NCBI GenBank assembly: GCA_002938315.1
Contig: PTLL01000003.1
Location: 4,005 to 68,004 of the forward strand
From: Alphaproteobacteria bacterium MarineAlpha3_Bin2
Lineage (GTDB): Bacteria; Pseudomonadota; Alphaproteobacteria; Rhodospirillales; Casp-alpha2
DNA: 64,000 bases
Reading direction: 5' to 3'
In this document: in pieces, positions 26,709 through 38,691 of the stretch
Position numbering within the stretch: position 1 is the stretch's first letter
Layout: every line of letters begins with the position of its first letter
Notes under the pieces: generated by a model
Told to the model about the DNA's origin: nothing
What the model saw: only the letters and a program-made list of their open reading frames with translations
Database searches by the model: none
Position numbers and translations under genes: made by a program

Positions 26709-27953
26709 TTAATTAGTCGTTTTTTTCTCGCGCAGCAGCGCCAGCGCCAGCGGGCCGAGGATGACCATCAGACCGGAAAAGGCGAACGCCCAGCCCCAGG
26801 AGGCGACGGTCCCGCCGCCGGGGCCGGTAAGGTCAAGCACGACGCCGAACATCAGCGGCCCGGCAAATCCCCCCATGAAGCCGATGGAAGAATGCACGGC
26901 CATGGTGGCGCCGCGGTAGCCGCCGGGCGCGGCGCCGACCACCCCGGCGGTGATCGACGCGGAATCGCCGGTTACCGTAAAGCCGTAGATCATCGCCAGG
27001 GAAACCACCACCCAAAACGGCCATTCCGCCGAAACCCCCAGGATGCAGCCCATGACGGCCGAGGTCAGCATGATGATGGTGATGGTCCGGTGGCGACCGA
27101 TACGACGCGAAAGCTCGTTGCCGAGAATGCTGGCCGGCATCCCCAGAAGGTTGATGAAAGCGGCTATGGCGGTGGCGCTCCAGGCGGTGGTGGTCCCCGG
27201 ACCGGTGGCGGCGGCGAACACCAGATAGGCGACAATCCACGACCGGAACGCAAACAACTCGTAATTATGGGCGGTGTAGGCCAAAACGTAGCCCATGGCG
27301 GCGCGGCACCTGAGCACCGGACGGAAATCCAGGAGGTGGGTATCCGGCGGATCAGTTTGTTCCGGGTCTTTGCTGGGGAGCGCGATGGCCGACAGCAACA
27401 TCGCCGCCAGCGGCGCCAACGTCGCCAAGCCGAAAACCCAATGCCAATCGAGTACCTCGGCGACGACGCCGGAATAATAATAGGAAATCGCCGAACCGAT
27501 GCCGAAGCTGGAGGTATAGAACGCGACGGCGCGGCTTTGGTCCTTGCCGCCGGCGATCACCTTGAGGTGGTCGCCTAGCATTTTCAATCCCGGCATGTAG
27601 GATCCGGCCAGGCCGACCCCGGCGACGCAGCGAAACAGCATGGCCGACCAGAAGCCGTCGGTCAGGAAGGCAAAACCGGCGCTGGAAACTGCGGTCAGGC
27701 CCAAGCATAGGTAATAGATATTACGTGGCGATACCCGGTCCGTGAGGCTGACCAACACCGGCACTGCAGTCAGGTAGCCCAGGAAATAAACCCCGTTGAT
27801 CCAACCGGCTTCGGTATTGGTGAGCTGCCATTCGGTGATGAAGCCCGGCAACAGGGCGGGAAAGGACATCACGCCCAGCATCCCGACAATCTCGGCAACG
27901 CACATCGCCACAATTAATTGCACAGGGGATATATTGGTTGGCTCTCGGGTCAT
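26709..27953 (-). CDS. MFS transporter
   Basis: 414 aa, about 12 predicted hydrophobic helices, with an MFS-like loop SLTDRVSPRN between TM2 and TM3. Confidence 0.8.
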   Translation of the reverse strand: MTREPTNISPVQLIVAMCVAEIVGMLGVMSFPALLPGFITEWQLTNTEAGWINGVYFLGYLTAVPVLVSLTDRVSPRNIYYLCLGLTAVSSAGFAFLTDGFWSAMLFRCVAGVGLAGSYMPGLKMLGDHLKVIAGGKDQSRAVAFYTSSFGIGSAISYYYSGVVAEVLDWHWVFGLATLAPLAAMLLSAIALPSKDPEQTDPPDTHLLDFRPVLRCRAAMGYVLAYTAHNYELFAFRSWIVAYLVFAAATGPGTTTAWSATAIAAFINLLGMPASILGNELSRRIGRHRTITIIMLTSAVMGCILGVSAEWPFWVVVSLAMIYGFTVTGDSASITAGVVGAAPGGYRGATMAVHSSIGFMGGFAGPLMFGVVLDLTGPGGGTVASWGWAFAFSGLMVILGPLALALLREKKTTN

Positions 27954-28110
27954 GGGCCGCAGTGTAGAGTCTATCTGGTTAATATTGAACCACTCTGATG
28001 GCAGGTGGCGAGTCGGCCCTCAAACAATATGACCGCGCCTTGATTTTGGCCATTCCGAAAAGCCTGTTGTAGTATCCCTGAACGGACGAACAACCTGGAA
28101 AAGGAAGCGA

Positions 28111-28449
28111 ATGAATAGAACAGCGGTTTATCTGCTTTCCCTGGCCCTTGCCGCCGCCGTTACCGGGGGCGACACGCTGGCGGCGGGGGCGACGGACCCG
28201 GAAACAATCGCGGCGCTGCAAAAATCGGGGCGTCTGGGCGTCACCTTGAAACGCGTCGACGATACTCTCTCCGTTACCACCACTGGGCGGCCGTCTCATC
28301 AAACGGGCAATTTCCCGATGATGGGGGATTCCGATGGCGACGGGGGTCAAAGAAGCGGTCAAAGGAGCGGCCCCCCAGGCGGGGGTATGGGCGGTCCCCC
28401 ACCGTTCGGAGGCCCGCCGCCGTTTGGGCACCCGCCGCCGCGTCGTTAA
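28111..28449 (+). CDS. hypothetical secreted protein with Gly/Pro-rich tail
   Basis: 112 aa. Signal-peptide-like MNRTAVYLLSLALAAAVTGGDTLAAGA, C-terminus …GGGMGGPPPFGGPPPFGHPPPRR, and an AAGGAAG RBS upstream. Confidence 0.45.
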   Translation: MNRTAVYLLSLALAAAVTGGDTLAAGATDPETIAALQKSGRLGVTLKRVDDTLSVTTTGRPSHQTGNFPMMGDSDGDGGQRSGQRSGPPGGGMGGPPPFGGPPPFGHPPPRR

Positions 28450-28465
28450 GACGTCACTGATTATA

Positions 28466-29878
28466 TTACATGTGGAAGGCGCGGCCGTTGGCAGCCAGGG
28501 CGGCTTCCTTGACGGCTTCCGACAGCCCGGGATGGCCGTGGCAGATGCGGGCGATGTCTTCGGCGGATCCGCTCAGTTCCATGGCGACGACGACTTCTTG
28601 AATCAGGTCGCCGGCTTCCGGCCCGATAATGTGGCAACCGAGCACCGCATCGGTAGCGGCGTCGGCGAGTATTTTGACGAAGCCGTCGGTATCGGCGTTA
28701 CAGCGGGCACGGGAATTGGCGGTAAACGGGAACTTACCGACGTTGTATTTCACCCCGGCGTCTTTCAGTTGTTCCTCGGTCTTGCCGACACTAGCGACCT
28801 CGGGCCAGGTGTAAACGATGCCGGGAATGGAATCGTAATCGATATGGCCCGATTGGCCGGCCATGACCTCGACGCAGACGACGCCTTCGTCCTCCGCTTT
28901 GTGGGCCAGCATGGCGCCGCCGATCACATCGCCGATGGCGAAAATGCCCTCGACATTGGTCTGAAAATCCTCATCGACCTTAACGAAGCCTCTGTCGTCC
29001 ATTTCGACCCCGGCTTTATCCAGCCCCAAGCCGTTGGTGAACGGAAGACGGCCGATCGCGGCCAAGACAATTTCCGCCTTCATGGTTTCCTTCTTGCCTC
29101 CAGCCACCGGCTCGGTGGTCAGGGTGACCCCGGCCTTTGCGGTCTTGGCGCCGGTGACCTTGGTCGATAATTTGAATTCGATGCCCTGTTTCTTGAGTGT
29201 GCGTTGCATCTGTTTAGAGATTTCGGCGTCCATGCCGGGCAGGATGTGGTCGAGGAATTCCACCACCGTCACCTTGGCGCCAAGCCGTCGCCACACCGAG
29301 CCCAGTTCCAATCCGATAACCCCGGCGCCGACGACGCACAGTGTTTTGGGTACCGTTTTCAAGTCCAGGGCGCCGGTGGAACTGACGATCTGTTTCTCAT
29401 CGATTTTGACACCGGGCAGCGGCGCGACGTCTGACCCGGTGGCGATGAGGATGTTGTCTGTCTTGAGCGTCTGTTTCTTGGCGCCCTTTTTGGGCGGCGT
29501 GATGACGACCTCACCGGCAGCCTTGATGGTGCCCTCGCCGATGACATAATCGACCTTGTTCTTTTTCATCAGGAACTCGACGCCCTGGGTCAGGTCGGAA
29601 ACCACCTTGTCCTTGCGCCCCATCATGACTTTCAAATCGAGGCTCAGGCCCTTGGCGATGATACCGTGATGCTCGAATTCGGTGGCGGCCATGTGATAGT
29701 GGTGGGACGATTGCAGTAACGCCTTTGACGGAATGCAGCCGACATTTAGGCATGTGCCACCCAAAGCCCCGCGTTTTTCGACGATGGCGGTCTTCAGTCC
29801 CAGCTGCCCCGCCCGGATGGCGGCTACATAGCCGCCGGGGCCGCCACCGATAACGATCAGATCGTACGCGTCGCTCAT
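28466..29878 (-). CDS. lpdA: dihydrolipoyl dehydrogenase (E3)
   Basis: 470 aa with GGGPGGY, the redox disulfide CLNVGCIPSK and the C-terminal HAHP-type HGHPGLSE motif. It lies downstream of sucAB. Confidence 0.95.
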   Translation of the reverse strand: MSDAYDLIVIGGGPGGYVAAIRAGQLGLKTAIVEKRGALGGTCLNVGCIPSKALLQSSHHYHMAATEFEHHGIIAKGLSLDLKVMMGRKDKVVSDLTQGVEFLMKKNKVDYVIGEGTIKAAGEVVITPPKKGAKKQTLKTDNILIATGSDVAPLPGVKIDEKQIVSSTGALDLKTVPKTLCVVGAGVIGLELGSVWRRLGAKVTVVEFLDHILPGMDAEISKQMQRTLKKQGIEFKLSTKVTGAKTAKAGVTLTTEPVAGGKKETMKAEIVLAAIGRLPFTNGLGLDKAGVEMDDRGFVKVDEDFQTNVEGIFAIGDVIGGAMLAHKAEDEGVVCVEVMAGQSGHIDYDSIPGIVYTWPEVASVGKTEEQLKDAGVKYNVGKFPFTANSRARCNADTDGFVKILADAATDAVLGCHIIGPEAGDLIQEVVVAMELSGSAEDIARICHGHPGLSEAVKEAALAANGRAFHM

Positions 29879-29895
29879 GTTGCCAAATCCTTGTG

Positions 29896-30159
29896 GTGGA
29901 TAAAATCTAACTTATGGTATCCATACGATCCCATAACCCGGTTTCTCGGAAGGAGATCGCCCGTAGGCGATGCTATAGCATCGTCAAGGGTGCTCGACGC
30001 CCCGAGAGGCCGGGATATGGGACCCAAAGGGCGGCTTCCCAAGCCCACCGGACGCGTTGCCCAATGCTTGTGATGCTCCAGCATCACCGCGCATCGGGCG
30101 CCTTTCCGGATGAACTTGGGGAGCAGTCGTATGAGTACCATAAGTTAGATTCTATCCAC
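29896..30159. mobile_element. MITE-like non-coding element with 33-bp terminal inverted repeats in the sucB-lpdA spacer
   Basis: Left end GTGGATAAAATCTAACTTATGGTATCCATACGA (29896-29928). Right end TCGTATGAGTACCATAAGTTAGATTCTATCCAC (30127-30159). The ends are reverse-complementary at 30 of 33 positions. The interior is full of nested hairpins and has no credible ORF. Confidence 0.5.
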
Positions 30160-31451
30160 TAAACGTTGATCAGGATACGATCGGGATTTTCGATGCATTC
30201 CTTCATGCGCACCAGGAAGGACACCGCCTCGCGGCCGTCGACGATGCGGTGATCGTAGCTCAGCGCCAGGTACATCATCGGCCGGATCACGATCTCATCA
30301 CCGACGACGACGGCGCGTTTTTCGATCTTGTGCATGCCCAGAACGGCGGATTGCGGCACGTTGAGGATCGGCATGGAATTCAACGACCCGAAGACGCCGC
30401 CGTTGGAGATGGTGAACGTACCGCCCATCATTTCGTCGATACCGAGCTTGCCGTCTCGCGCCCGGCGGCCGAAATCGCTGATGCCCCCTTCGATGTCGGC
30501 AAACGACATTTGGTCGGCGTCTTTCAGGATCGGCACCACAAGGCCCTTGGGTGAACCGACGGCGACGCCGATGTTGTAGTAGTTTTTGTAAATAATTTCA
30601 TCGCCGTAAATTTCACCGTTGACTGCCGGCCATTCCTTCAGCGCGATGCAGGCGGCGCGGACGAAAACGGACATGAAGCCAAGGCGAACGCCGTGCTTTT
30701 TCTCGAACGCATCCTTGTGGTCGGCGCGCATTTTGATCACCGCGTCCATATCCACTTCGTTCCAGGTGGTCAGCATGGCCGCCGTATTTTGGGCTTCCTT
30801 GAGGCGTACGGCGATGATCTGGCGCAGCTTGCTCATCCGCACCCTCTCTTCGCGGGGGTCTTCGGGACGCGGCGGTAAGGGGCCAGCGGATGCCGGCATG
30901 GCCGCAGGCGCGGCGGCCGGGGCTTTCGGGGCGCCGCCTTTGGCAATGTAATCGAGAACGTCGCCCTTGGTCAGGCGTCCATCCTTGCCGGTGGCGGGAA
31001 TTTGGGCGGCATCCAGGGAATTGTCATCGACCAATTTGCGCACCGCCGGTGAAAGTGGCTTGGCAGCGGGCGCCGTTGCGGCAGCAGGAGCTGGTTCTGG
31101 TGCGGGCGGTGGAGGTGGGGCGGCGGCTTTGGCCGGTTCCGGCGCCGGTGCCGGTGCGGGTTTCGGGGCCGGTTCAGGAGCAGGGGGTTCGGCGGCGCTT
31201 TCAGTCCCTGCCGCACCTTCCTCGATGACGCCCAATAACGCCCCGACTTCGACATCGGAACCCTCGGCGGCGGCAATGCTTTTCAGCGCCCCGGCGGCAG
31301 GCGCATTGACCTCGACCGTGACCTTATCGGTTTCCAGTTCGACCAGGGCTTCATCGACGGCAATGGCATCGCCGGCGGCCTTAAACCATTTGGCGACGGT
31401 GGCCTCGGTGACGGATTCGCCCAAAGCGGGAACCTTGATTTCAATAGCCAT
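30159..31451 (-). CDS. sucB: 2-oxoglutarate dehydrogenase E2, dihydrolipoyllysine succinyltransferase
   Basis: 430 aa with lipoyl motif ELETDKVTVEV, Ala/Pro-rich linkers and the catalytic DHRIVDG. Confidence 0.95.
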   Translation of the reverse strand: MAIEIKVPALGESVTEATVAKWFKAAGDAIAVDEALVELETDKVTVEVNAPAAGALKSIAAAEGSDVEVGALLGVIEEGAAGTESAAEPPAPEPAPKPAPAPAPEPAKAAAPPPPPAPEPAPAAATAPAAKPLSPAVRKLVDDNSLDAAQIPATGKDGRLTKGDVLDYIAKGGAPKAPAAAPAAMPASAGPLPPRPEDPREERVRMSKLRQIIAVRLKEAQNTAAMLTTWNEVDMDAVIKMRADHKDAFEKKHGVRLGFMSVFVRAACIALKEWPAVNGEIYGDEIIYKNYYNIGVAVGSPKGLVVPILKDADQMSFADIEGGISDFGRRARDGKLGIDEMMGGTFTISNGGVFGSLNSMPILNVPQSAVLGMHKIEKRAVVVGDEIVIRPMMYLALSYDHRIVDGREAVSFLVRMKECIENPDRILINV

Positions 31452-31456
31452 GATTT

Positions 31457-34441
31457 CTACCTCTTTGCATTCTTTGTCTTCGACGCTTTTGCCTTGTTCG
31501 GGATCTTGTTGGCGTGTCGGTTTGCCGCTTTATTGCTGGCCTTGGCTCCGGTCAGGGCGTCGTCGACCAATTGCGCCTGTTCGGCGATATGCATTTTCAT
31601 GGACCCGGTGGCCGGCGAGGCCGCGGCCGCACGTCCGGCGTAGGACGGCCTCGTCGCCTTGCCGCCGATGTCCATCAAGGTTTGCTCAAGCGGCTCGAAG
31701 ATGAAGCTCCATGATCCCATGTTGCGGGGTTCTTCCTGGCACCAGATCACTTCCTCGGCGTTCTTGAAGCGGCCGATTTCCTCCGTCAGCGCCAGTTTGG
31801 GGAACGGGAAAAGCTGCTCGACCCGAAGGATATAGGTGTCTTTCTGCTTACGCTTGTCGCGCTCGGCGGCGATGTCGAAATAAACCTTGCCGGAACACAG
31901 CACCACCTTCTTGATTTTGTCGTCGGCCAGCACCTTGCCGTCGTCCCACAAAACCCGGTGGAAGGTGGTGCCCTCGCCCATATCCGCCAGCTTCGATACG
32001 CAGGCTTTATGCCGGAGAAGCGATTTCGGCGACATTAGAATCAGGGGCTTGCGGAAATCACGCCGCATCTGGCGGCGGAGAACATGGAAATAGTTGGACG
32101 GGGTGGTGCAGTTGCAAATCTGCATATTGTCCTCTGCGCACAATTGCAAATAGCGTTCAAGCCGCGCCGAGGAATGTTCCGGTCCCTGGCCCTCATAGCC
32201 GTGCGGCAGCAACATCACCAAGCCCGACATGCGCAGCCATTTGTGTTCGCCCGATGAGATGAACTGATCGATCACCACCTGTGCGCCGTTGGCGAAGTCG
32301 CCGAACTGGGCCTCCCACAAGACCAGCATTTGCGGTTCGGCCAGGCTAAAGCCATACTCAAACCCGAGCACACCGGCCTCGGAAAGCGGGCTATCGATGA
32401 CCTCAAACGGGGCCTGCCCGAAGCGCAGGTTCATCAGCGGGATGTAGCGTTCGTCGTTGGTTTGGTCGACCAGCACCGAATGGCGGTGTGAGAACGTGCC
32501 GCGGCCGGAATCCTGGCCCGACAGGCGCACCGAATTGCCTTCCAGCAACAGCGTCCCGAAGGCCAGTGCCTCGGCCGTCGCCCAGTCGATGCCATTTCCG
32601 GTTTCGATCATCTTACGTTTGGCGTCGAGCTGGCGGACGATTTTGGCGTTCAGGTTGAAGTTGTCGGGGACGCGGGTGAGCGCCTGGCCGACCTCTTTCA
32701 GGCGATCCATGGATACGCTGGTGTCGCCACGCCGGGTGTCACCCGAGGCTACGGAAAATCCGGCCCAGGCGCCGTCAAACCAATCGGCTTTGTTGGGTTT
32801 ATAACTGGCGGCAGCTTCGAAGGAATCGTCCAGATCCTTTTTTACGGCAGCGAGGGCTTGGTCAACCTGCTCCTCGGTCATGATACCCTCGGCAACCAGC
32901 TTTTTGGCGTAAATTTCCCGTGTCGTCGGGTGGCTGGCGATTTTGGTGTACATGGTCGGCTGCGTGAACATCGGTTCGTCGCCTTCGTTATGGCCGTGGC
33001 GGCGATAACAGATCATGTCGACGACGACGTCTTTTTTAAATTTTTGGCGGTATTCGGTGGCGATCCGGGCGCAATGGACGACGGCTTCCGGATCGTCGGC
33101 GTTGACGTGGAAGATCGGCGCTGAGACGACCTTGGCGACATCCGTGCAATAGGTCGACGAACGTAAAAACGATGGCGAGGTGGTGAACCCAATTTGGTTG
33201 TTGATGACGATGTGAATTGTGCCACCAGTCTGATAGCTGATCAGGTCGGACAGGTCGAAGGCTTCCGGCACCAGGCCCTGTCCGGAAAAGGCAGCGTCGC
33301 CGTGCAACAGCAGCGCCATGACCTTTTCCCGGTCGACGTCACCCCGTTGCATTTGCTTGCCGCGCACTTTGCCCAGGCACACGGTGTTAACGACTTCCAG
33401 GTGCGATGGGTTGGCGGTCAGGCTGAGGTGGACGGTTTTGCCGTCGAACACCCGGTCCGATGAGGTGCCCAAATGGTATTTGACGTCGCCGGAGCCCAAA
33501 ACGTCGTCGGGATGGGTAGTAGCGCCCTGGAATTCCGAAAAAATCGCCTGGAACGGCTTGCCCATGACGTTTGCGAGCACGTTCAAGCGCCCCCGGTGGG
33601 CCATGCCGATGACGATTTCCTCGATTCCCAGTTGGCTGCCGCGCTTGAAAATTTGTTCCATGGCCGGCACCAGGCTTTCGCCGCCATCCAGGCCGAAACG
33701 TTTGGTGCCGGAGAATTTTTTGTCCAGGTACTGCTCAAACCCTTCGGTTTCTAGAAACCGGTCGAGGATGGCGCGTTTGCCCTTAGGGGTGAAGTGGGTC
33801 TGGTTGTGGATGGTTTCCATGCGTTCCTGCAACCAGGATTTTTCATCCCGGTCCTGGATGTGCATGAATTCAATACCAATGGAGCCGCAATAGGTCTGGT
33901 GCAGCACCGACATGATTTCGCGCATGGTCGCCGTTTCCAGCCCCAGCACGTAATTGATGAAGATTTCCCGGTCCAAGTCCGCGTCCTGAAAGCCGTAGGA
34001 TGCCGGGTTGAGTTCCGGATGGTCCTCACGCACCTCCAGTTCCAACGGATCCAGCTTGGCCAGCAAATGGCCGCGTACGCGGTAGGACCGGATCAGCATC
34101 TGGGCACGCAGCGAATCCAGGGTCGCCTTCCGGACCTTGCCGGCATCCATGCGGGGTCCGGCCTGAGGCGCGGCGGTGACGGCCTGGGGCGCGGTGTCTT
34201 GAGTCATTTGTTCGGCCAGCGGGGCCAGATCGCCCTGACCGACGATGGTGGCGTCGGAGGGCGCCCATGACGCGCCTTTTTTGTCGGTTTCCGACCCCAG
34301 GGCTTCATCGGTGAGGCTGGTAAAAAAATCTTGCCAGCGGGGATCGACCGAACCGGGGTCGTCCTGGAAGCGTTCATACATCTCGGCGATGTAGATTTGA
34401 TTGCCGGTATTAAGAAATTCGTTGAGATCGAGTGCTGTCAT
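31457..34441 (-). CDS. sucA: 2-oxoglutarate dehydrogenase E1 component
   Basis: 994 aa, MTALDLNEFLNTGNQIYIAEMYERFQDDPGSVDPRWQDFF…, ThDP-binding region HGDAAFSGQG, and a Lys-rich C-terminal tail. Confidence 0.95.
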   Translation of the reverse strand: MTALDLNEFLNTGNQIYIAEMYERFQDDPGSVDPRWQDFFTSLTDEALGSETDKKGASWAPSDATIVGQGDLAPLAEQMTQDTAPQAVTAAPQAGPRMDAGKVRKATLDSLRAQMLIRSYRVRGHLLAKLDPLELEVREDHPELNPASYGFQDADLDREIFINYVLGLETATMREIMSVLHQTYCGSIGIEFMHIQDRDEKSWLQERMETIHNQTHFTPKGKRAILDRFLETEGFEQYLDKKFSGTKRFGLDGGESLVPAMEQIFKRGSQLGIEEIVIGMAHRGRLNVLANVMGKPFQAIFSEFQGATTHPDDVLGSGDVKYHLGTSSDRVFDGKTVHLSLTANPSHLEVVNTVCLGKVRGKQMQRGDVDREKVMALLLHGDAAFSGQGLVPEAFDLSDLISYQTGGTIHIVINNQIGFTTSPSFLRSSTYCTDVAKVVSAPIFHVNADDPEAVVHCARIATEYRQKFKKDVVVDMICYRRHGHNEGDEPMFTQPTMYTKIASHPTTREIYAKKLVAEGIMTEEQVDQALAAVKKDLDDSFEAAASYKPNKADWFDGAWAGFSVASGDTRRGDTSVSMDRLKEVGQALTRVPDNFNLNAKIVRQLDAKRKMIETGNGIDWATAEALAFGTLLLEGNSVRLSGQDSGRGTFSHRHSVLVDQTNDERYIPLMNLRFGQAPFEVIDSPLSEAGVLGFEYGFSLAEPQMLVLWEAQFGDFANGAQVVIDQFISSGEHKWLRMSGLVMLLPHGYEGQGPEHSSARLERYLQLCAEDNMQICNCTTPSNYFHVLRRQMRRDFRKPLILMSPKSLLRHKACVSKLADMGEGTTFHRVLWDDGKVLADDKIKKVVLCSGKVYFDIAAERDKRKQKDTYILRVEQLFPFPKLALTEEIGRFKNAEEVIWCQEEPRNMGSWSFIFEPLEQTLMDIGGKATRPSYAGRAAAASPATGSMKMHIAEQAQLVDDALTGAKASNKAANRHANKIPNKAKASKTKNAKR

Positions 34442-34513
34442 GGCGTCTCGACGCGCCCTTAAGACGCGCCCTTTCTTGTTAACAGGCTGAACCGGTGTTT
34501 AGCGTATTGGCGA

Positions 34514-35388
34514 TTATCCTTTGATAGCCGCGGTCATGGTGATGCCGATGGTGGCGGGGTTTTCGGCGACATGAATGCCGGCACTTTTCATCGCCTCGAT
34601 TTTGTCTCCGGCACCGCCTTTGCCGCCGGATATAATGGCGCCTGCATGGCCCATGCGCCGACCGGGGGGTGCCGTCAGACCGGCGATGAAGCCGGCGACG
34701 GGTTTTTTGACCTTGGACGATTTAATCAGGTCGGCGGCGTCTTCTTCCGCCGAGCCGCCGATTTCACCGATCATAACGATGGATTCGGTTTCGTCGTCGG
34801 CTAAGAACATTTCAATGCAATCGACGAAGTTGGTACCGTTGACCGGGTCGCCGCCGATGCCGATGCAGGTGGTCTGGCCCAGGCCTTCAGCCGTCGTCTG
34901 ATGGACGGCTTCGTAAGTCAGCGTGCCCGAGCGCGACACGATGCCCACCGTGCCACGTTGGTGAATGTGGCCAGGCATAATGCCGATCTTGCACTCACCG
35001 GGGGTAATAATGCCGGGGCAATTGGGGCCGATCAGCCGGGTTTTTGATCCACTGAGCGCGTTCTTGACCTTGACCATGTCGAGAACCGGAATGCCTTCGG
35101 TGATGCACACCACCAGGGGCAGTTCGGAATCGATGGCTTCCAGGATCGCGGCGGCGGCGAACGGCGGTGGCACGTAGATGACCGACACATTGGCGCCGGT
35201 GGTTTCTACGGCTTCGGCGACGGTATCGAAAACCGGCAGGTCCAGGTGGGTGGTGCCGCCCTTTTTGGGGGTGACGCCACCGACCATCTTGGTGCCGTAA
35301 GCGATGGCCTGTTCGGAATGGAAGGTGCCCTGCGAGCCGGTGAAGCCTTGGCAAATGACCTTGCTATCGGCATTGACAAGTACGGCCA

Positions 35389-35389
<1 letters not shown>
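34514..35389 (-). CDS. sucD: succinate--CoA ligase subunit alpha
   Basis: 291 aa with SRSGTLTYE and the phosphohistidine loop GHAGAI. Confidence 0.95.
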
Positions 35390-36585
<1,196 letters not shown>

Positions 36586-36637
36586 CGGAATCCTATTCTG
36601 GTCCGCTGGTCAATTCGCTGGGGATTTAGCGCCGTTT

Positions 36638-37723
<1,086 letters not shown>

Positions 37724-37844
37724 CTAAAGGTGATATTGGATATTTGCTGCTTTATATGCCTTTTGTCCTACTCCGATTTAGACTCCAGGGCAATGATATT
37801 AGGCTTTTTTAGGACCGAACGGTCCATAAAGTCAATAAGCGGTC

Positions 37845-38687
37845 TTAATCGGCCAGGTCGAGGCCGATATCGACAGCCGGGGCGGCTTGGGTGAGGGCGC
37901 CAACGGAAATGCTGTCGACCCCGGTTTCGGCAATGGCGCGAATGGTCGCCAGGTTGACCCCGCCCGACGCCTCCAACATGACCCGGCCTGCGCAAATGTC
38001 GACCGCTTGGACCAGCATGTCGGGGCCCATGTTGTCGAGAAGGAGGCTGTCGGCGCCGGCCTCGATGGCTTCGGCGACTTGGTCCAGGGTGTCGCATTCG
38101 ACCTCGATGTTTTTCAGACCCGCGGCCTTGGCGCGCCGGGTCGCTTCCCCCACCGCCCCGGCGACGGCAATATGGTTGTCTTTGATCAACACCCCATCGT
38201 CGAGCCGCATGCGGTGATTGGTGGCGCCGCCCATGACGGTGGCGTATTTGCTGAGCGCCCGAAGCCCCGGCAGGGTCTTGCGGGTGTCCAACAGCACCGC
38301 CCCGGTGCCTTCGATCTTGTCGACATAGGTGCGGGTCAGGGTGGCGATCCCCGACAGTGTCTGCATGAAGTTGAGCGCCGTGCGTTCAGCCGCCAGCAAG
38401 GCTTCGGCCTGGCCTTCAATGCGGGCGATCACGGTGGCGGCGGGAATTTTCGCGCCGTCGTTTGTTTCGACAGTGATGACGGCGTCCGGGTCCAGCCGCC
38501 GGAATACCTCTAGGGCGACCGGCAGCCCGGCGACGACGATATCCTGGCGGGTGGCCATGATCAGGTTGAGCCGGGTGTCGGCGGGAATAACGGCCTTGGT
38601 GGTAAAGTCGCCGGTGCCGATGTCCTCGGCCAAAGCCACATCAACGGCGGCCTTGATGTCCGCCGGGTCAGGTATCGTCGGCGGCAC
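37845..38687 (-). CDS. nadC: nicotinate-nucleotide diphosphorylase (quinolinate phosphoribosyltransferase)
   Basis: 280 aa, …LLDTRKTLPGLRALSKYATVMGGATNHRMRLDDGVLIKDNH…. It lies immediately downstream of nadA. Confidence 0.9.
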   Translation of the reverse strand: MPPTIPDPADIKAAVDVALAEDIGTGDFTTKAVIPADTRLNLIMATRQDIVVAGLPVALEVFRRLDPDAVITVETNDGAKIPAATVIARIEGQAEALLAAERTALNFMQTLSGIATLTRTYVDKIEGTGAVLLDTRKTLPGLRALSKYATVMGGATNHRMRLDDGVLIKDNHIAVAGAVGEATRRAKAAGLKNIEVECDTLDQVAEAIEAGADSLLLDNMGPDMLVQAVDICAGRVMLEASGGVNLATIRAIAETGVDSISVGALTQAAPAVDIGLDLAD

Positions 38688-38691
38688 GGAA

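Noticed and set aside
29875-30162. Three overlapping 60-88-aa ORFs inside the sucB-lpdA element.
   Set aside because: They overlap each other on both strands and lack an RBS. They consist of inverted-repeat sequence, so the element is better explained as non-coding.
30967-31704. 245-aa plus-strand ORF, and 30971-31276 minus in another frame, across the sucB linker region.
   Set aside because: These are Ala/Gly/Ser/Pro homopolymer-like translations produced by the GC-rich Ala/Pro linker codons of sucB, not independent genes.
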